This document shows, in pieces, positions 1 to 9,820 of a stretch of DNA of 64,000 nucleotides (position 1 is the first letter of the stretch; each line of letters opens with the position of its first letter). The position numbers and the translations under genes were made by a program. Origin of the DNA: Candidatus Hydrogenedentota bacterium (lineage in GTDB: Bacteria; Hydrogenedentota; Hydrogenedentia; Hydrogenedentales; SLHB01). The notes below the pieces were generated by a model. The model was not told the DNA's origin. It did no database searches and saw only the letters and a list, made by a program, of their open reading frames with translations. The DNA is taken from assembly GCA_963674865.2 (NCBI GenBank), contig CAXXYE010000004.1:576001-640000 (forward strand). Direction: 5' to 3'.

Positions 1-1
1 C

Positions 2-619
2 TGGCTCGTCGGCTTCCGCGGCGACGGCTCGCCCGCCGACCTCGGCTACGCCTTCCTCGAACCGTGGATGGGTGGATTCTTCTACCAGGACGGCCTGTTC
101 GCCCGAAATCTCTTTGACAGCGGCGACACCCTCACCTACTCCTGGCCCGGCGGCATCGACCTCGGCCCCTTCGACGTAGACGGCGTCATCCCCGGCCGGC
201 TCGACTTCACCCTCACCACCGGCCTGGGCGACCTTTTCGACGGCGACACCCTCGCCAACGGCTTCCCCCTCACGTGGGACACCACCGCCCCGGGCGACTT
301 CCTCGTCGTCATGCTCGAGACGGTGCTCATTGACAACGCCAAAGGCCGCTGCGAACTGGGAGCTGTTGTCTGCACCCTCGAAGACGACGGCTCATACACC
401 ATCCCCGGCGACGTCATCGCCCAGTTGCCCCAGGCCCAGGGCGACATCGCCCTCCAAGTCAACTACCTCTTCGCCAAACGCTACGCCATCGCCACCGAGG
501 ATGTGCCGCTCCGCCGAGGAAACGGCGATGGCTACGTCGCCTTGCTCACCTCCACCGAACCCGCCCGCGCCTGGTCCCTCGACGCCCAATTCCAGGTCGG
601 CAAGGACGGGCAGGAATAA
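2..619 (+). CDS. Hypothetical protein, C-terminal part (5' end outside window)
   Basis: Frame open from base 2 to TAA at 617-619; strong GC3 codon bias; followed by a terminator hairpin. Confidence 0.75.
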   Translation, partial: WLVGFRGDGSPADLGYAFLEPWMGGFFYQDGLFARNLFDSGDTLTYSWPGGIDLGPFDVDGVIPGRLDFTLTTGLGDLFDGDTLANGFPLTWDTTAPGDFLVVMLETVLIDNAKGRCELGAVVCTLEDDGSYTIPGDVIAQLPQAQGDIALQVNYLFAKRYAIATEDVPLRRGNGDGYVALLTSTEPARAWSLDAQFQVGKDGQE

Positions 620-637
620 CCCCCCCCCGTACTATCC

Positions 638-677
638 CGCAGGCCCTGTCCACCCCAGGACAGGGCCTGTGGTTTTT
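638..677 (+). terminator. Intrinsic terminator
   Basis: Stem cgcaggccctgtcc / ggacagggcctgtg with a 6-nt loop, then gttttt, 19 nt after the stop codon. Confidence 0.75.
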
Positions 678-739
678 GCCCCGCGCCTCGTAGCCCGCGT
701 AGCGGCCGGGAGCACCTGCAACATGCGCCTGGCGGAGCA

Positions 740-796
740 GGAAAGGGACTGATGCAAGCAAGCGAGTCCCCGAGCGAGACGTGTCTCTCCCTTTCC
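740..796. repeat. Palindromic REP-like repeat, family A (gggactgatgcaagc..agcgagtccccgagcgagacgtgtct.tccc)
   Basis: Near-identical copies at about 20153-20216 and 20469-20532; ends ggaaaggga / tccctttcc are inverted. Confidence 0.8.
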
Positions 797-827
797 GCAA
801 AAGGATGCCGAAGAAAGAGCGAAAAAC

Positions 828-1027
828 GGGGACTGAGGGGCTGTTGAAAATGTCGCATTCGCTCCAGAGGTTAAGCGAAAGAACGGGACTGTCCCAAGCG
901 GAGTCCGCCATGGGCGGACGCAGACGGGACTGTCCCAGGTCCCTTCGCGGCCTGCGTGAAGCAACTCCGGACTTTTTCAACGGCTCCACTGACACAAGCG
1001 GAGCGAAGCGAAGACGTGTCTGCCCCC
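828..1027. repeat. REP-like family B palindrome, interrupted by the MITE
   Basis: Removing the MITE and one ACTGA gives ggggactgacacaagcggagcgaagcgaagacgtgtctgccccc, closely matching the intact copy at 6381-6423. Confidence 0.75.
837..987. mobile_element. 151-bp MITE with 18-bp imperfect terminal inverted repeats and a 5-bp target-site duplication
   Basis: Left end ggggctgttgaaaatgtc vs reverse complement of right end ggagccgttgaaaaagtc (15/18 match); ACTGA direct repeats at 832-836 and 988-992. Confidence 0.8.
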
Positions 1028-1296
1028 AGCTTTTCGCAGCAAGAACGAGACCGCATCAGGGCGGGTCGCGACCCGACGGTTAGATTCACCCAAGACCTGG
1101 GCTTCCATTTGTCGCCCACCACACGGAGAAGCACCCAACCTGCCTTCACTCCGTGTTCTCCGAGACCTCCGTGGTTCCATGAATTCACTTCCTCAGTTGC
1201 CCGCACGCCTCCTCCGCCTTGCCCGTTGATCCGCCTCCGTCACTCCACTATCCTCAGGACACCCGGCTTACGGGAGTCACGCAATAGGGGAGAGGC

Positions 1297-2844
1297 ATGA
1301 AGACACACCAGGACGATCAGTTGGCCAAGGCATCCGGCGCGCGCAAGCCTCTCAACATTCTCTGGATCATGACCGACCAGCAGCCGTTGTCCACCATCGG
1401 TGCGTATGGCAATCGCCTCATCGAAACGCCCCACATCGACCGCCTGGCCCGGGAAGGTGTCCGGTTCGATCGGATGATCGTCAGTGCGTTTCCCTGCTCG
1501 CCTTCGCGCGGCTGCTTCATGACAGGCCGCGAAGCCCACAACCACGGCGTCGTCACGAACGATGTGCTTCTACCTCCCGACATCCCCACCCTCGGCAGCA
1601 TCCTCAAGGGCGCCGGCTACAACACCGCCCACGTGGGGAAGTGGCACCTGGGCGGACACATGTACCGCCAGTTGCCGAAGTGCGTCCAGGATGAGCAGCA
1701 GGTCTTCGACGGAGGATGGCATCTCGACCGCGTACTCCATCCCGACCGCTACGAATTCCAACGGCGCGAGGGCGGCACCGGCGACGACTGCCCCACGCAC
1801 GGCTTCGACCACTGGCGCGGCGGATGGAAGCAGTACCGAGACTGGCTGCGCGGCCAGGGCCGTGGCGAGTGGGTCGACACATCCGCCGTCGGCGGACACA
1901 ACATGCTCCAAACCGCGGGCGATGACTGCCACGCTTGCGCCGGAGTGCCCGAGGAGCTTCACGTCGAGACCTTCATCGCCAACGAGGCGGTTAGCTTCCT
2001 CGAATCCCAGCGCGATGCCGAAGAGCCTTTCGCGCTGGTTGTCTCCTTCTACGGCCCCCATCTACCCGTCGCGCCGCCTGAGCCGTGGGACACCCGCTAT
2101 CCCTTGAAAGGTATCCCCCTGCCCGAAAACCATCACGACGACCTGACAGGCAAGCCCTCCCGGCAGCGCCGGCCGCAAGTCTACAAATCGGGTGATTGGG
2201 CCGCCGATCAATTCCGCGATTACATCCGCCGCTATTGGGGATTTTGCAGCTATATCGACGCCCAAATCGGCCGGATTCGCGCCACCCTCGAAGCCATTGG
2301 AGAGGACAAGGACACCCTCATTCTCTTCACCAGCGACCACGGCGACATGGTGGCCGCCCACGGCATGATCTACAAGCTCGCCTGCTGCGGCTATGACGAA
2401 CTCTTCCACGTGCCGTTTATCCTTCGCTGCCCCGGACAGGGCGCCCCCGGAACCACCTGCGACTCACTAACCGCCGGTACCGACATCCTGCCCACCGTGC
2501 TCGATCTGTTGAACGTCAGCACCGACGCCCCCATGGACGGCCATAGCTTCGGGCCGCTTCTCAACGGCGCCCAAGACGACGCCCGCGACATGGTCATCTG
2601 CAACTCCATCGAGCACAACTTCGTCGCCGTGACGCCACGATGGAAGTACGTCCTGAACCTGCCCGACGACTGCGTTCACGAACTTTACGACCTCGAGAAT
2701 GACCCCGGTGAGATGCTCAACCTCGCGCAGGACCCCGCCCATCAGGCAACCGCAACAGACATGCAGGAACGCGTTCTCTACTGGGCCGAAGCCACCGGCC
2801 ACCCCTACGCACACACCCTCCGCGCCGCCGCGGAACCAGCGTAG
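1297..2844 (+). CDS. Sulfatase (formylglycine-dependent, Cys-type)
   Basis: NILWIMTDQ, CSPSRG (CxPxR), GKWHLG, SDHGD motifs; RBS ggggagagg. Confidence 0.92.
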   Translation: MKTHQDDQLAKASGARKPLNILWIMTDQQPLSTIGAYGNRLIETPHIDRLAREGVRFDRMIVSAFPCSPSRGCFMTGREAHNHGVVTNDVLLPPDIPTLGSILKGAGYNTAHVGKWHLGGHMYRQLPKCVQDEQQVFDGGWHLDRVLHPDRYEFQRREGGTGDDCPTHGFDHWRGGWKQYRDWLRGQGRGEWVDTSAVGGHNMLQTAGDDCHACAGVPEELHVETFIANEAVSFLESQRDAEEPFALVVSFYGPHLPVAPPEPWDTRYPLKGIPLPENHHDDLTGKPSRQRRPQVYKSGDWAADQFRDYIRRYWGFCSYIDAQIGRIRATLEAIGEDKDTLILFTSDHGDMVAAHGMIYKLACCGYDELFHVPFILRCPGQGAPGTTCDSLTAGTDILPTVLDLLNVSTDAPMDGHSFGPLLNGAQDDARDMVICNSIEHNFVAVTPRWKYVLNLPDDCVHELYDLENDPGEMLNLAQDPAHQATATDMQERVLYWAEATGHPYAHTLRAAAEPA

Positions 2845-2874
2845 CGGGGCGTGGTTGGCCGCGCGTCCTCTCGC

Positions 2875-4074
2875 TTACCGCAACCGCTCGACGCACTCGA
2901 TGAGGCTGGCCGCGATATACTCGTTATCCTCGTCCGACATCACCGGATGAATCGGCACGCAGAACAACCGCTCGCCCAGGCGCTCGGACAGCGGCAGCGA
3001 CTGGCCCGGCGTGTGCTCCCGGAGAATCTTCCGCGCCTGGTAGGCCGGCCGGTTCGCCACGATGCAACGAACGCGAAAATCATCGGCCAGCATCCCGCAG
3101 ATCTTGTTCCTCTTCTCGCCGGCCCACTCATCGCAGACGAGACACGTGTAAAGATAGAACGTGTGCACGCAGTCCGGCGGTTCATAAGGCAGAATCAGCT
3201 CCGGAATGCCCTCAAGCATTTCATGGCGCCTATGCGCCAGACGCAGCCGACTCGCATTGAAGCTGTCCAACTTCCTGAGCTGCGGCATACCCACCGCCGC
3301 CTGCACCATCGTCATCACATTCGACGTGCCCCAGATCTCCGTAGGCCCGCCGTAGAAACGCGTCGAGCGGCAGAACGCCTCCACGTCATCATCATCCGTC
3401 GTCACCATGCCGCCTTCCCCGAGCGTCGTCATGTTCTTCATCGTGTGAAACGAGAACACCGTCGCCAGGCCCTTCTTCCCGATCTTCGTGTCCTTGTAGT
3501 CGCCCCCACAGGCCCGCGCGGCATCAGTGATGACGGCCAACGGCCCATGCTTCTCGTGCGGATGCCGCTCGGCGACTTCAAGAAGCTCGTCCATTGGCGA
3601 CGACAAACCGTTCATATGAACGGGAAAGAGCGCCCGCGTCCGCGGCGTGATCCGCTTCTCCACGTCATTCGGATCGAGTTGGAACGTCCTCGGATCCACC
3701 TCACCCCAGACAATCTGGCCTCCGGCGCCCAGCACCGCCAGCGGCGCCGCCACGAAATTGATGGCCGGCACAATCACTTCGTCGCCCGGCTGCAGGTCGA
3801 GGAACCGCATCATCATGTCGAGCCCCGGCCCCGCGCTATTGACGGCCACGGCGTGTTTCGTGTCGCAGTAGGCGGCGAAGGCCTGCTCAAACTCGACAAT
3901 CTGCGCCGAAGAGAAACCGAAGCCTTTCCCGAAGTCCATCGCACGGCGTATCGCCCCGACCGCCGCCTCGATCTCCTCCTCCCCGTAGATACTCCCCAAG
4001 AGCGGCTCGCCCTCCCAGAGCGTCTCCGGCTTACCCCGTTCAAAAATCGCTTCGCGCTGCTTCTTTTCCAGCAT
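2875..4074 (-). CDS. DegT/DnrJ/EryC1/StrS family PLP-dependent aminotransferase
   Basis: FEQAFAAY, PGDEVIVP, SFHTMKNMTTLGEGG (PLP lysine) motifs. Confidence 0.9.
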   Translation of the reverse strand: MLEKKQREAIFERGKPETLWEGEPLLGSIYGEEEIEAAVGAIRRAMDFGKGFGFSSAQIVEFEQAFAAYCDTKHAVAVNSAGPGLDMMMRFLDLQPGDEVIVPAINFVAAPLAVLGAGGQIVWGEVDPRTFQLDPNDVEKRITPRTRALFPVHMNGLSSPMDELLEVAERHPHEKHGPLAVITDAARACGGDYKDTKIGKKGLATVFSFHTMKNMTTLGEGGMVTTDDDDVEAFCRSTRFYGGPTEIWGTSNVMTMVQAAVGMPQLRKLDSFNASRLRLAHRRHEMLEGIPELILPYEPPDCVHTFYLYTCLVCDEWAGEKRNKICGMLADDFRVRCIVANRPAYQARKILREHTPGQSLPLSERLGERLFCVPIHPVMSDEDNEYIAASLIECVERLR

Positions 4075-4360
4075 GATCCAGCTCCTTCCACCTGCTGCCG
4101 CAAGCCCTTATGGGCGCCCCTATTCACCGATACAAAAGGCACCACGTTATATCACAAGTGCGAGAGGACTGCCACCGATTTCCCCGCCGCCTCCCCATCC
4201 GCCGAGGCCGAAGAACCGTGTCCACAACCTTCCCTCATCCGTCGTAAAATAGAGGTGGATCTGCGGGGGTTCACCGTGGCAATATTCGCGCCGCCTGGAC
4301 GGCAGTGAACCGGACCAGGCACAGGAAGACGTGCACAAGCGCGCCGAAAAGGACAGTCCC

Positions 4361-6358
4361 ATGGACAACGAAGCGACCCCAACCAGCGACAAATCATCCG
4401 ACAAACCGGCCCTCACCACAAACGCACAGCGCAAACATGGGGAGGGGGCGACATCGCCGCCGCCCGCCCCCAAAGGCCGCCCCCAAGGCGCCCCGAGTCC
4501 CCGCGTCTGCCTCGGCCCCGTCGCCGACCTCGAACGCCATCTACCGGCCGATTGGTGGCGAACCTTGTTCAACTCCCTCTACTTAAAGACCGACGGTGAC
4601 GTCGTCGAGAACCAGGAGGCCACGCGCCAGGAAATCGACACCATCGTCAAGATAGCCGGACTCGAGTCCAACGATCGCATCCTTGACCTCTGCTGCGGAC
4701 AGGGACGCCATTCTCTCGAACTCGCCCGCCGCGGATTCCGCAACGTCGTCGGCCTCGACCGCTCGCGATACCTCACCCGGTGCGCCCGGAAGCGTGCCAA
4801 GAGCGAGGCCCTGGACATCACCTTTCACGAAGGTGACGCCCGAAAGCTGCGCCGCTTCGACAAGCCCTTCCACTGCATCATGGTATTGGGCAATTCTTTC
4901 GGCTACTTCGAACAAGAGGATGAAGACGAAACCGTCCTCGCGAAGGCCTTCAACGCCCTCACCCGCTACGGAATCCTTGTGCTCGACGTGGCCGACGGCG
5001 AGTGGATGAGCCGCAACTTCGAGGCACGCTCCTGGGAGTGGATCGACCAGAACTACTTTGTCTGCCGCGAACGCAGCCTCGGGCGCGATGAGCGGCAACT
5101 CATCACCCGCGAAGTGATCACCCACGCCGAGAAAGGCGTCGTGGCCGATCAGTTCTACGCGGAGCGGCTCTACTCGGCCGACGACCTGCGCCGGCTGCTC
5201 GAAGAAGTCGGCTTCCAGGATATTCGCTTCCACGACGCCATCGAGACAAAGTCCGCAAGAGGCCAAGACTTGGGCATGCTGGCCCACCGCCTCCTCGTCA
5301 CGGCCCGCACGCCCGCGCGCCCCGTCGCCGCCGCGAGCCAGGCCCTGCCTTATCCCAAAGTCACCGTCCTGCTCGGCGACCCCAACCTCCCCGACACCAT
5401 CAAACTTGGCGGCCACTTCAACGCCGAAGACATGGAAACCATCGACAGAATGCGCCGCGGCCTCGCCGAACTCGACGACTACGAATTCACCTTCGTCGAC
5501 CACCACGAGAATCTGATCCGGAGGCTCGTGGCAGATCCGCCCGAGTTCGTATTCAACCTCTGCGACGAAGGTTTTGAGAACGATGCCTTCAAAGAGCTGC
5601 ACATCCCGGCGGTTCTCGAGATGATCGGCGTGCCCTACACGGGCGCCGGCCCCGCTTGCCTCGGCCTCTGCTACAACAAGGGACTCGTGCGCGCAATCAC
5701 CCAGTCCCTCGATATCCCCGTGCCCATGGAGTCCTACTGCGGCCCGGATGAAAGCATCGTCACCCTGCCCTGCACCTTCCCCGCCTTAGTCAAACCCAAC
5801 TTCGGCGACTCCAGCGTAGGCATCACCAAGGACGCCGTCGTCCACGACACCGCCCAACTCGTCAAGTACGTTGATGGACTCCGGAGAGACCTCGGCCCCT
5901 GCCCCATACTCGTCCAGGAATTCCTCACGGGGCCGGAATACTCCGTCGGCATCCTCGGAAATCCCGGAATGACGTACAACGTGCTCCCCATTCTCGAGGT
6001 CGACTACTCCCGGCTCGACCCCGCGCTGCCCCACATTCTCGGCTACGAGTCCAAATGGATTCCCGGCTCGCCCTGGTGGGACCTCGTGCAATACAAACAA
6101 GCCGACGTCGACGGCGAAACGGCCCGCGTCCTAAGCGATCACTCCAACCTGCTATTCGAACGATTCGGCTGCAGAGACTACGCCCGCTTCGACTTCCGAA
6201 CCGACGGCGAAGGCGTTATCAAGCTCCTCGAAGTCAATCCCAATCCCGGCTGGTGCTGGGACGGCAAAATGAACATCATGGCCGGCCTCCAAGGCATGCG
6301 CTACGCCGAACTCCTAGACATGATCCTCAAAGCCGCCCAAGAACGCGAGTCCGTCTGA
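4361..6358 (+). CDS. Fusion of class I SAM methyltransferase and D-Ala-D-Ala ligase-like ATP-grasp domain
   Basis: ILDLCCGQGRH in the N-half; FNLCDEG, PYTGAG, VKPNFGDSSVGI, YARFDFR, LEVNPNP in the C-half; ATG 4361 has an aagga RBS. Confidence 0.85.
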   Translation: MDNEATPTSDKSSDKPALTTNAQRKHGEGATSPPPAPKGRPQGAPSPRVCLGPVADLERHLPADWWRTLFNSLYLKTDGDVVENQEATRQEIDTIVKIAGLESNDRILDLCCGQGRHSLELARRGFRNVVGLDRSRYLTRCARKRAKSEALDITFHEGDARKLRRFDKPFHCIMVLGNSFGYFEQEDEDETVLAKAFNALTRYGILVLDVADGEWMSRNFEARSWEWIDQNYFVCRERSLGRDERQLITREVITHAEKGVVADQFYAERLYSADDLRRLLEEVGFQDIRFHDAIETKSARGQDLGMLAHRLLVTARTPARPVAAASQALPYPKVTVLLGDPNLPDTIKLGGHFNAEDMETIDRMRRGLAELDDYEFTFVDHHENLIRRLVADPPEFVFNLCDEGFENDAFKELHIPAVLEMIGVPYTGAGPACLGLCYNKGLVRAITQSLDIPVPMESYCGPDESIVTLPCTFPALVKPNFGDSSVGITKDAVVHDTAQLVKYVDGLRRDLGPCPILVQEFLTGPEYSVGILGNPGMTYNVLPILEVDYSRLDPALPHILGYESKWIPGSPWWDLVQYKQADVDGETARVLSDHSNLLFERFGCRDYARFDFRTDGEGVIKLLEVNPNPGWCWDGKMNIMAGLQGMRYAELLDMILKAAQERESV

Positions 6359-6380
6359 CGCCTGCCGGAGGGCGGAAGAC

Positions 6381-6423
6381 GGGGACCGACACAAGCGAAG
6401 CGAAGCGGAGACGTGTCTATCCC
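6381..6423. repeat. REP-like family B palindrome
   Basis: ggggaccgacacaagcgaagcgaagcggagacgtgtctatccc; homologous to the split copy at 828-1027. Confidence 0.75.
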
Positions 6424-6485
6424 TGCTTTCCGGACCTCGACATCACCGCGACACCAACAGCCTGCACCAAGACTTCGCGCGCTTT

Positions 6486-6523
6486 CTCCGCGTTCCTCTG
6501 CGTCCTCAGCGCCTCCGCGTTCA
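6486..6523. repeat. ~9-nt periodic ctc(t/c)gcg repeat tract
   Basis: ctccgcgttcctctgcgtcctcagcgcctccgcgttc; near-identical to 12890-12927. Confidence 0.7.
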
Positions 6524-6754
6524 GATAAGCCCCCAGGCTGGCCAGTAACCTGATCCGCGCGCATCTTGCCCACCTTCCCGGCCCGTGGGCTATGGTATCC
6601 TTCAAGCAACGCGGCGAGCGGGGGAGAGGCCACCATACCGCACGGCACACCATCTACCACCTGCCTGACTCCACTTGCTCATTCCCATCCGTGTGTTGAC
6701 ATCGGTGTTCACCTGTCTCCATCGGTGGCTCTTCCCGCTCCCTCTGCGCTTCGC

Positions 6755-6783
6755 TTGACAGCCCCCGCCGCCAGGCCCACAAT
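6755..6783 (+). promoter_or_regulatory. Sigma70-type promoter for the SDR gene
   Basis: TTGACA-N17-CACAAT, about 70 nt upstream of the ATG. Confidence 0.6.
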
Positions 6784-6854
6784 AACCACACGCGGGGAAA
6801 TCCATGAAACTCACGTAGGAAGGGGCCGGCGAACCTTAACCGGCAACCAATGAC

Positions 6855-7625
6855 ATGAACAAGACACGTCTATCCGGTAAGAAAGCCATCGTCACCGGCG
6901 CCGCAAGCGGCATCGGACGCGAAATCGCACGCCTGTTCGCCGACGAGGGCGCCCGCGTCATCGCCGCCGACATAGACGAAGACGGCCTCGAAGGAACCTG
7001 CGTCGGCCGCAGTGGCATCCAGCCCTTGAACCTGGACGTCAGCGACACAGACAGTGTGAAAACGGGCTTCGAGGCCGCGTGCGCCCAATGGCAGGGACTC
7101 GACATCCTCGTCTGCGCCGCAGGCACCGTGGGCAGTAAGTTCGGCGACGGCCCCGCGGGCGAGTGCGCCGAAGAAGGCTGGGATCACGTGATGAACGTCA
7201 ACCTGAAAGGCGTATGGCGCTGCTGCCGCTACGCCATCCCGGCCATGCTCGACAACGACGGCGGCAGCATCGTCACCATCAGCTCCGTCACCGCGCTCCG
7301 CCCGCCCGATGACTTCTTCCGCTCCCACGCCTACATGACAAGCAAAGGCGGCGTGATCACCCTCACGAAATGCATCGCCGCGTACTACGGCCGCCGGGGC
7401 ATCCGCGCCAACGCCATCGCCCCCGGCATGATCGATACCCCCATGAGCATGCGGATGCAAGGCATTCCCGAGATCATGGCCTATCTCGACGACCGCCAGC
7501 CCTTGGGCAAGCTCGGCGCGCCCGCCGATCCCGCCGCCGCCGCCCTCTTCCTGGCAAGCGACGAATCCCGCTTCATCACCGGCGTCGTCCTGCCCGTGGA
7601 CGGCGGATGGAGCAACCATGGGTAG
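6855..7625 (+). CDS. SDR family NAD(P)-dependent oxidoreductase
   Basis: TGAASGIG, YMTSK (YxxxK), ITGVVLPVDGG. Confidence 0.92.
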   Translation: MNKTRLSGKKAIVTGAASGIGREIARLFADEGARVIAADIDEDGLEGTCVGRSGIQPLNLDVSDTDSVKTGFEAACAQWQGLDILVCAAGTVGSKFGDGPAGECAEEGWDHVMNVNLKGVWRCCRYAIPAMLDNDGGSIVTISSVTALRPPDDFFRSHAYMTSKGGVITLTKCIAAYYGRRGIRANAIAPGMIDTPMSMRMQGIPEIMAYLDDRQPLGKLGAPADPAAAALFLASDESRFITGVVLPVDGGWSNHG

Positions 7626-7819
7626 GCCGAGCAACCGAACCCTACCGCAACTCGCCACGCCCTTCAATCCATCCTGCAAATCATGTTAATCCTGTCACAA
7701 AAAGCGCCGCTTTTCGGCACGGGCCGTCTTGATCCGACTACCGCCTGACTCTACAATCGCCCATAATCTGGCCGCGCCTCTTGCGGGCTCGTCCACACGG
7801 TAGCTACCAGGGGAAAACT

Positions 7820-9556
7820 ATGATCACTCGACGCGATTTCATGAAAGAGGTGTTGGCCGGCAGTGCGCTTGCCCTTGCGGCGCCGGCGACGGGATGCGCT
7901 ACACGAGGCAGTTCGACGGGAGCGCGGCCCAACATCCTGTTCATCATGGCTGACGATCAGGCGGCATGGGCGTGGGGACAGGGCGGACATCTCAATGCAC
8001 AAACGCCCAACCTCGACCGCCTGCGGGGCGAAGGTGCCTACCTCACCAATTACTTCGCCTCATGTCCCGTGTGCAGTCCCTCGCGCGCGTCTATGTTGAG
8101 CAGCCGCTACGGCACCGAGGTCGGGATAGTCGACTTTCTCAGCGCCGGCCGCACCCCCAACGTCGGGCTCGACCCCGACCTCCCAACGTGGCCCAGTCTG
8201 CTCGATCAAGCCGGCTACGACACCGCCCTTTTCGGGAAATGGCACGTGGGCGGCCTGGATAAGTACCTGCCCCAGCGCTTCGGCTACGACCTCTTCAAAG
8301 GCTGGCGGTGCGGCGCAGGCATCTCGAAGGATCCACTCGTCGAAATCGACGGTGAAGAACGCCGCGTCGAAGGCTATACGCCCGATATCATCGCCGACTA
8401 CGCCATCGATTATCTCGAAGCGGAGCACGCACACCCCTTTGCCCTCTCGGTGCACTTCTTCGCCCCGCACGCCAACACGGAGAACAGCACGGCCGACGGC
8501 GACCGCACATGGCTGCCGTTGAACGATACGGACTGGAAGCCCTTTGAGAATCTCGACCCGTCCTTTCCGCAGCCGCAGCATCCGAAGCTCGACATCCCGC
8601 GCGCCACGCGCATGACACGCGAATACCTCGCCAGCGTCCACGCGCTCGACCGCAACGTCGGCCGCGTGCTCGATGCCCTGGAACGTCAGGGCCTCGCGGA
8701 GAACACCATCGTGGTGTTCGTATCCGACCACGGATACAACATGACCCACCACGGCGTCTGGCACAAGGGCAGCGGCCGCTGGCTGCTCACCGACAATCAG
8801 GGCAGCCGCCCCAACCTGTGGGACACCTCCCTGCGTGCGCCGGCTTTCGTGCGTTGGCCCGGCAAGGTTGTCCCAGGCGCAACCATCACACAGACCACCT
8901 CGAACCTTGACTGGATGCCCACGTTGCTGGCCATGGCTGGCGTGTCCCTTCCGCCCGGCGCCGTCGTGCGCGGCCGCAACATGGTGCCCCTGCTGCGAGG
9001 AAGGTCGCCCCAGTGGAACAACGACTTCTTCGCCCAGTACGTCGAATGGGAATGCCGCAAAACGGACGTGAACATGCGTGCCTATCGCACGCCCGAATGG
9101 AAGCTTATCCGCGATCTGAACCGTCAGGGCATGGATGAGCTCTACCACCTTGCCGACGATCCCAAGGAGTTGGTGAATCTCATCGATTCTACCGATCCCG
9201 AAACGATGCGCATACGCGGTGCATTAGAAAACAGCTCCGGCGAGCCATGCAGGCCATCGGCGACGACGGCTCCCGGCCAATGTAGCTCCAAGAAGCGCGT
9301 CCCCGCCCGCGCAGGGCGCCTCAGGGCATGGATGAGCTCTACGCACCTTGCCGACGATCCCAAGACCACCTCGAACCTTGACTGGATGCCCACGTTGCTG
9401 GCCAGTTGGTGTGCGCGGCCGCAAATCTCATCGATTCTACCGATCCCGAAACGATGCGCATACGCGGATCTGAACCGTCAGGGCATGGATGCATTAGAAA
9501 ACAGGCTCCGGCGAGCCATGCAGGCCATCGGCGACGACGGCTCCCGGCCAATGTAG
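7820..9556 (+). CDS. Tat-exported sulfatase (possible lipoprotein) with a rearranged 3' end
   Basis: MITRRDFMK twin-arginine signal, ATGC lipobox-like site, CSPSRA, GKWH, SDHG; natural end would be TAG 9283-9285 but a 1-nt deletion and a mosaic duplication extend the ORF to 9556. Confidence 0.85.
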   Translation: MITRRDFMKEVLAGSALALAAPATGCATRGSSTGARPNILFIMADDQAAWAWGQGGHLNAQTPNLDRLRGEGAYLTNYFASCPVCSPSRASMLSSRYGTEVGIVDFLSAGRTPNVGLDPDLPTWPSLLDQAGYDTALFGKWHVGGLDKYLPQRFGYDLFKGWRCGAGISKDPLVEIDGEERRVEGYTPDIIADYAIDYLEAEHAHPFALSVHFFAPHANTENSTADGDRTWLPLNDTDWKPFENLDPSFPQPQHPKLDIPRATRMTREYLASVHALDRNVGRVLDALERQGLAENTIVVFVSDHGYNMTHHGVWHKGSGRWLLTDNQGSRPNLWDTSLRAPAFVRWPGKVVPGATITQTTSNLDWMPTLLAMAGVSLPPGAVVRGRNMVPLLRGRSPQWNNDFFAQYVEWECRKTDVNMRAYRTPEWKLIRDLNRQGMDELYHLADDPKELVNLIDSTDPETMRIRGALENSSGEPCRPSATTAPGQCSSKKRVPARAGRLRAWMSSTHLADDPKTTSNLDWMPTLLASWCARPQISSILPIPKRCAYADLNRQGMDALENRLRRAMQAIGDDGSRPM

Positions 9557-9594
9557 CTCCAAGAAGCGCGTCCCCGCCCGCGCAGGGCGCCTCA
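9321..9594 (+). repeat. Mosaic tandem duplication of sulfatase 3' sequences
   Basis: Seven consecutive blocks copied from 8892-9323, joined at 1-3 nt overlaps. Confidence 0.85.
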
Positions 9595-9688
9595 CACAGC
9601 CGCTCCGGGGATGTTTTGCTTGATTATGGCCGGAGAGCGGGCTGGTGATGAACGATTGGGCTTTGCCATTTCGGCGCCCGCGAATCCT

Positions 9689-9763
9689 TGGACGGTGTGC
9701 ACAAGATGTACAAGAATTGCTCGATTTCCTCTCCCAATCCTGCAAATCCTGTCAATCCTGTCC
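9689..9763. repeat. aatcctgtc-type 9-nt periodic inverted repeat
   Basis: acaagatgtacaagaatt ... aatcctgcaaatcctgtcaatcctgtcc; relatives at about 7670-7697, 16284-16301 and 22334-22397. Confidence 0.7.
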
Positions 9764-9820
9764 ATGAAAAGCTCTCAATAGAGAGCATGTTCATCAAGAA
9801 ACTCATCAAGGGAGGGCCTC

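Noticed and set aside
2851..4308. 485-aa plus-strand ORF
   Set aside because: Antisense shadow of the DegT aminotransferase; Arg/His-rich with no motifs, typical of high-GC DNA.
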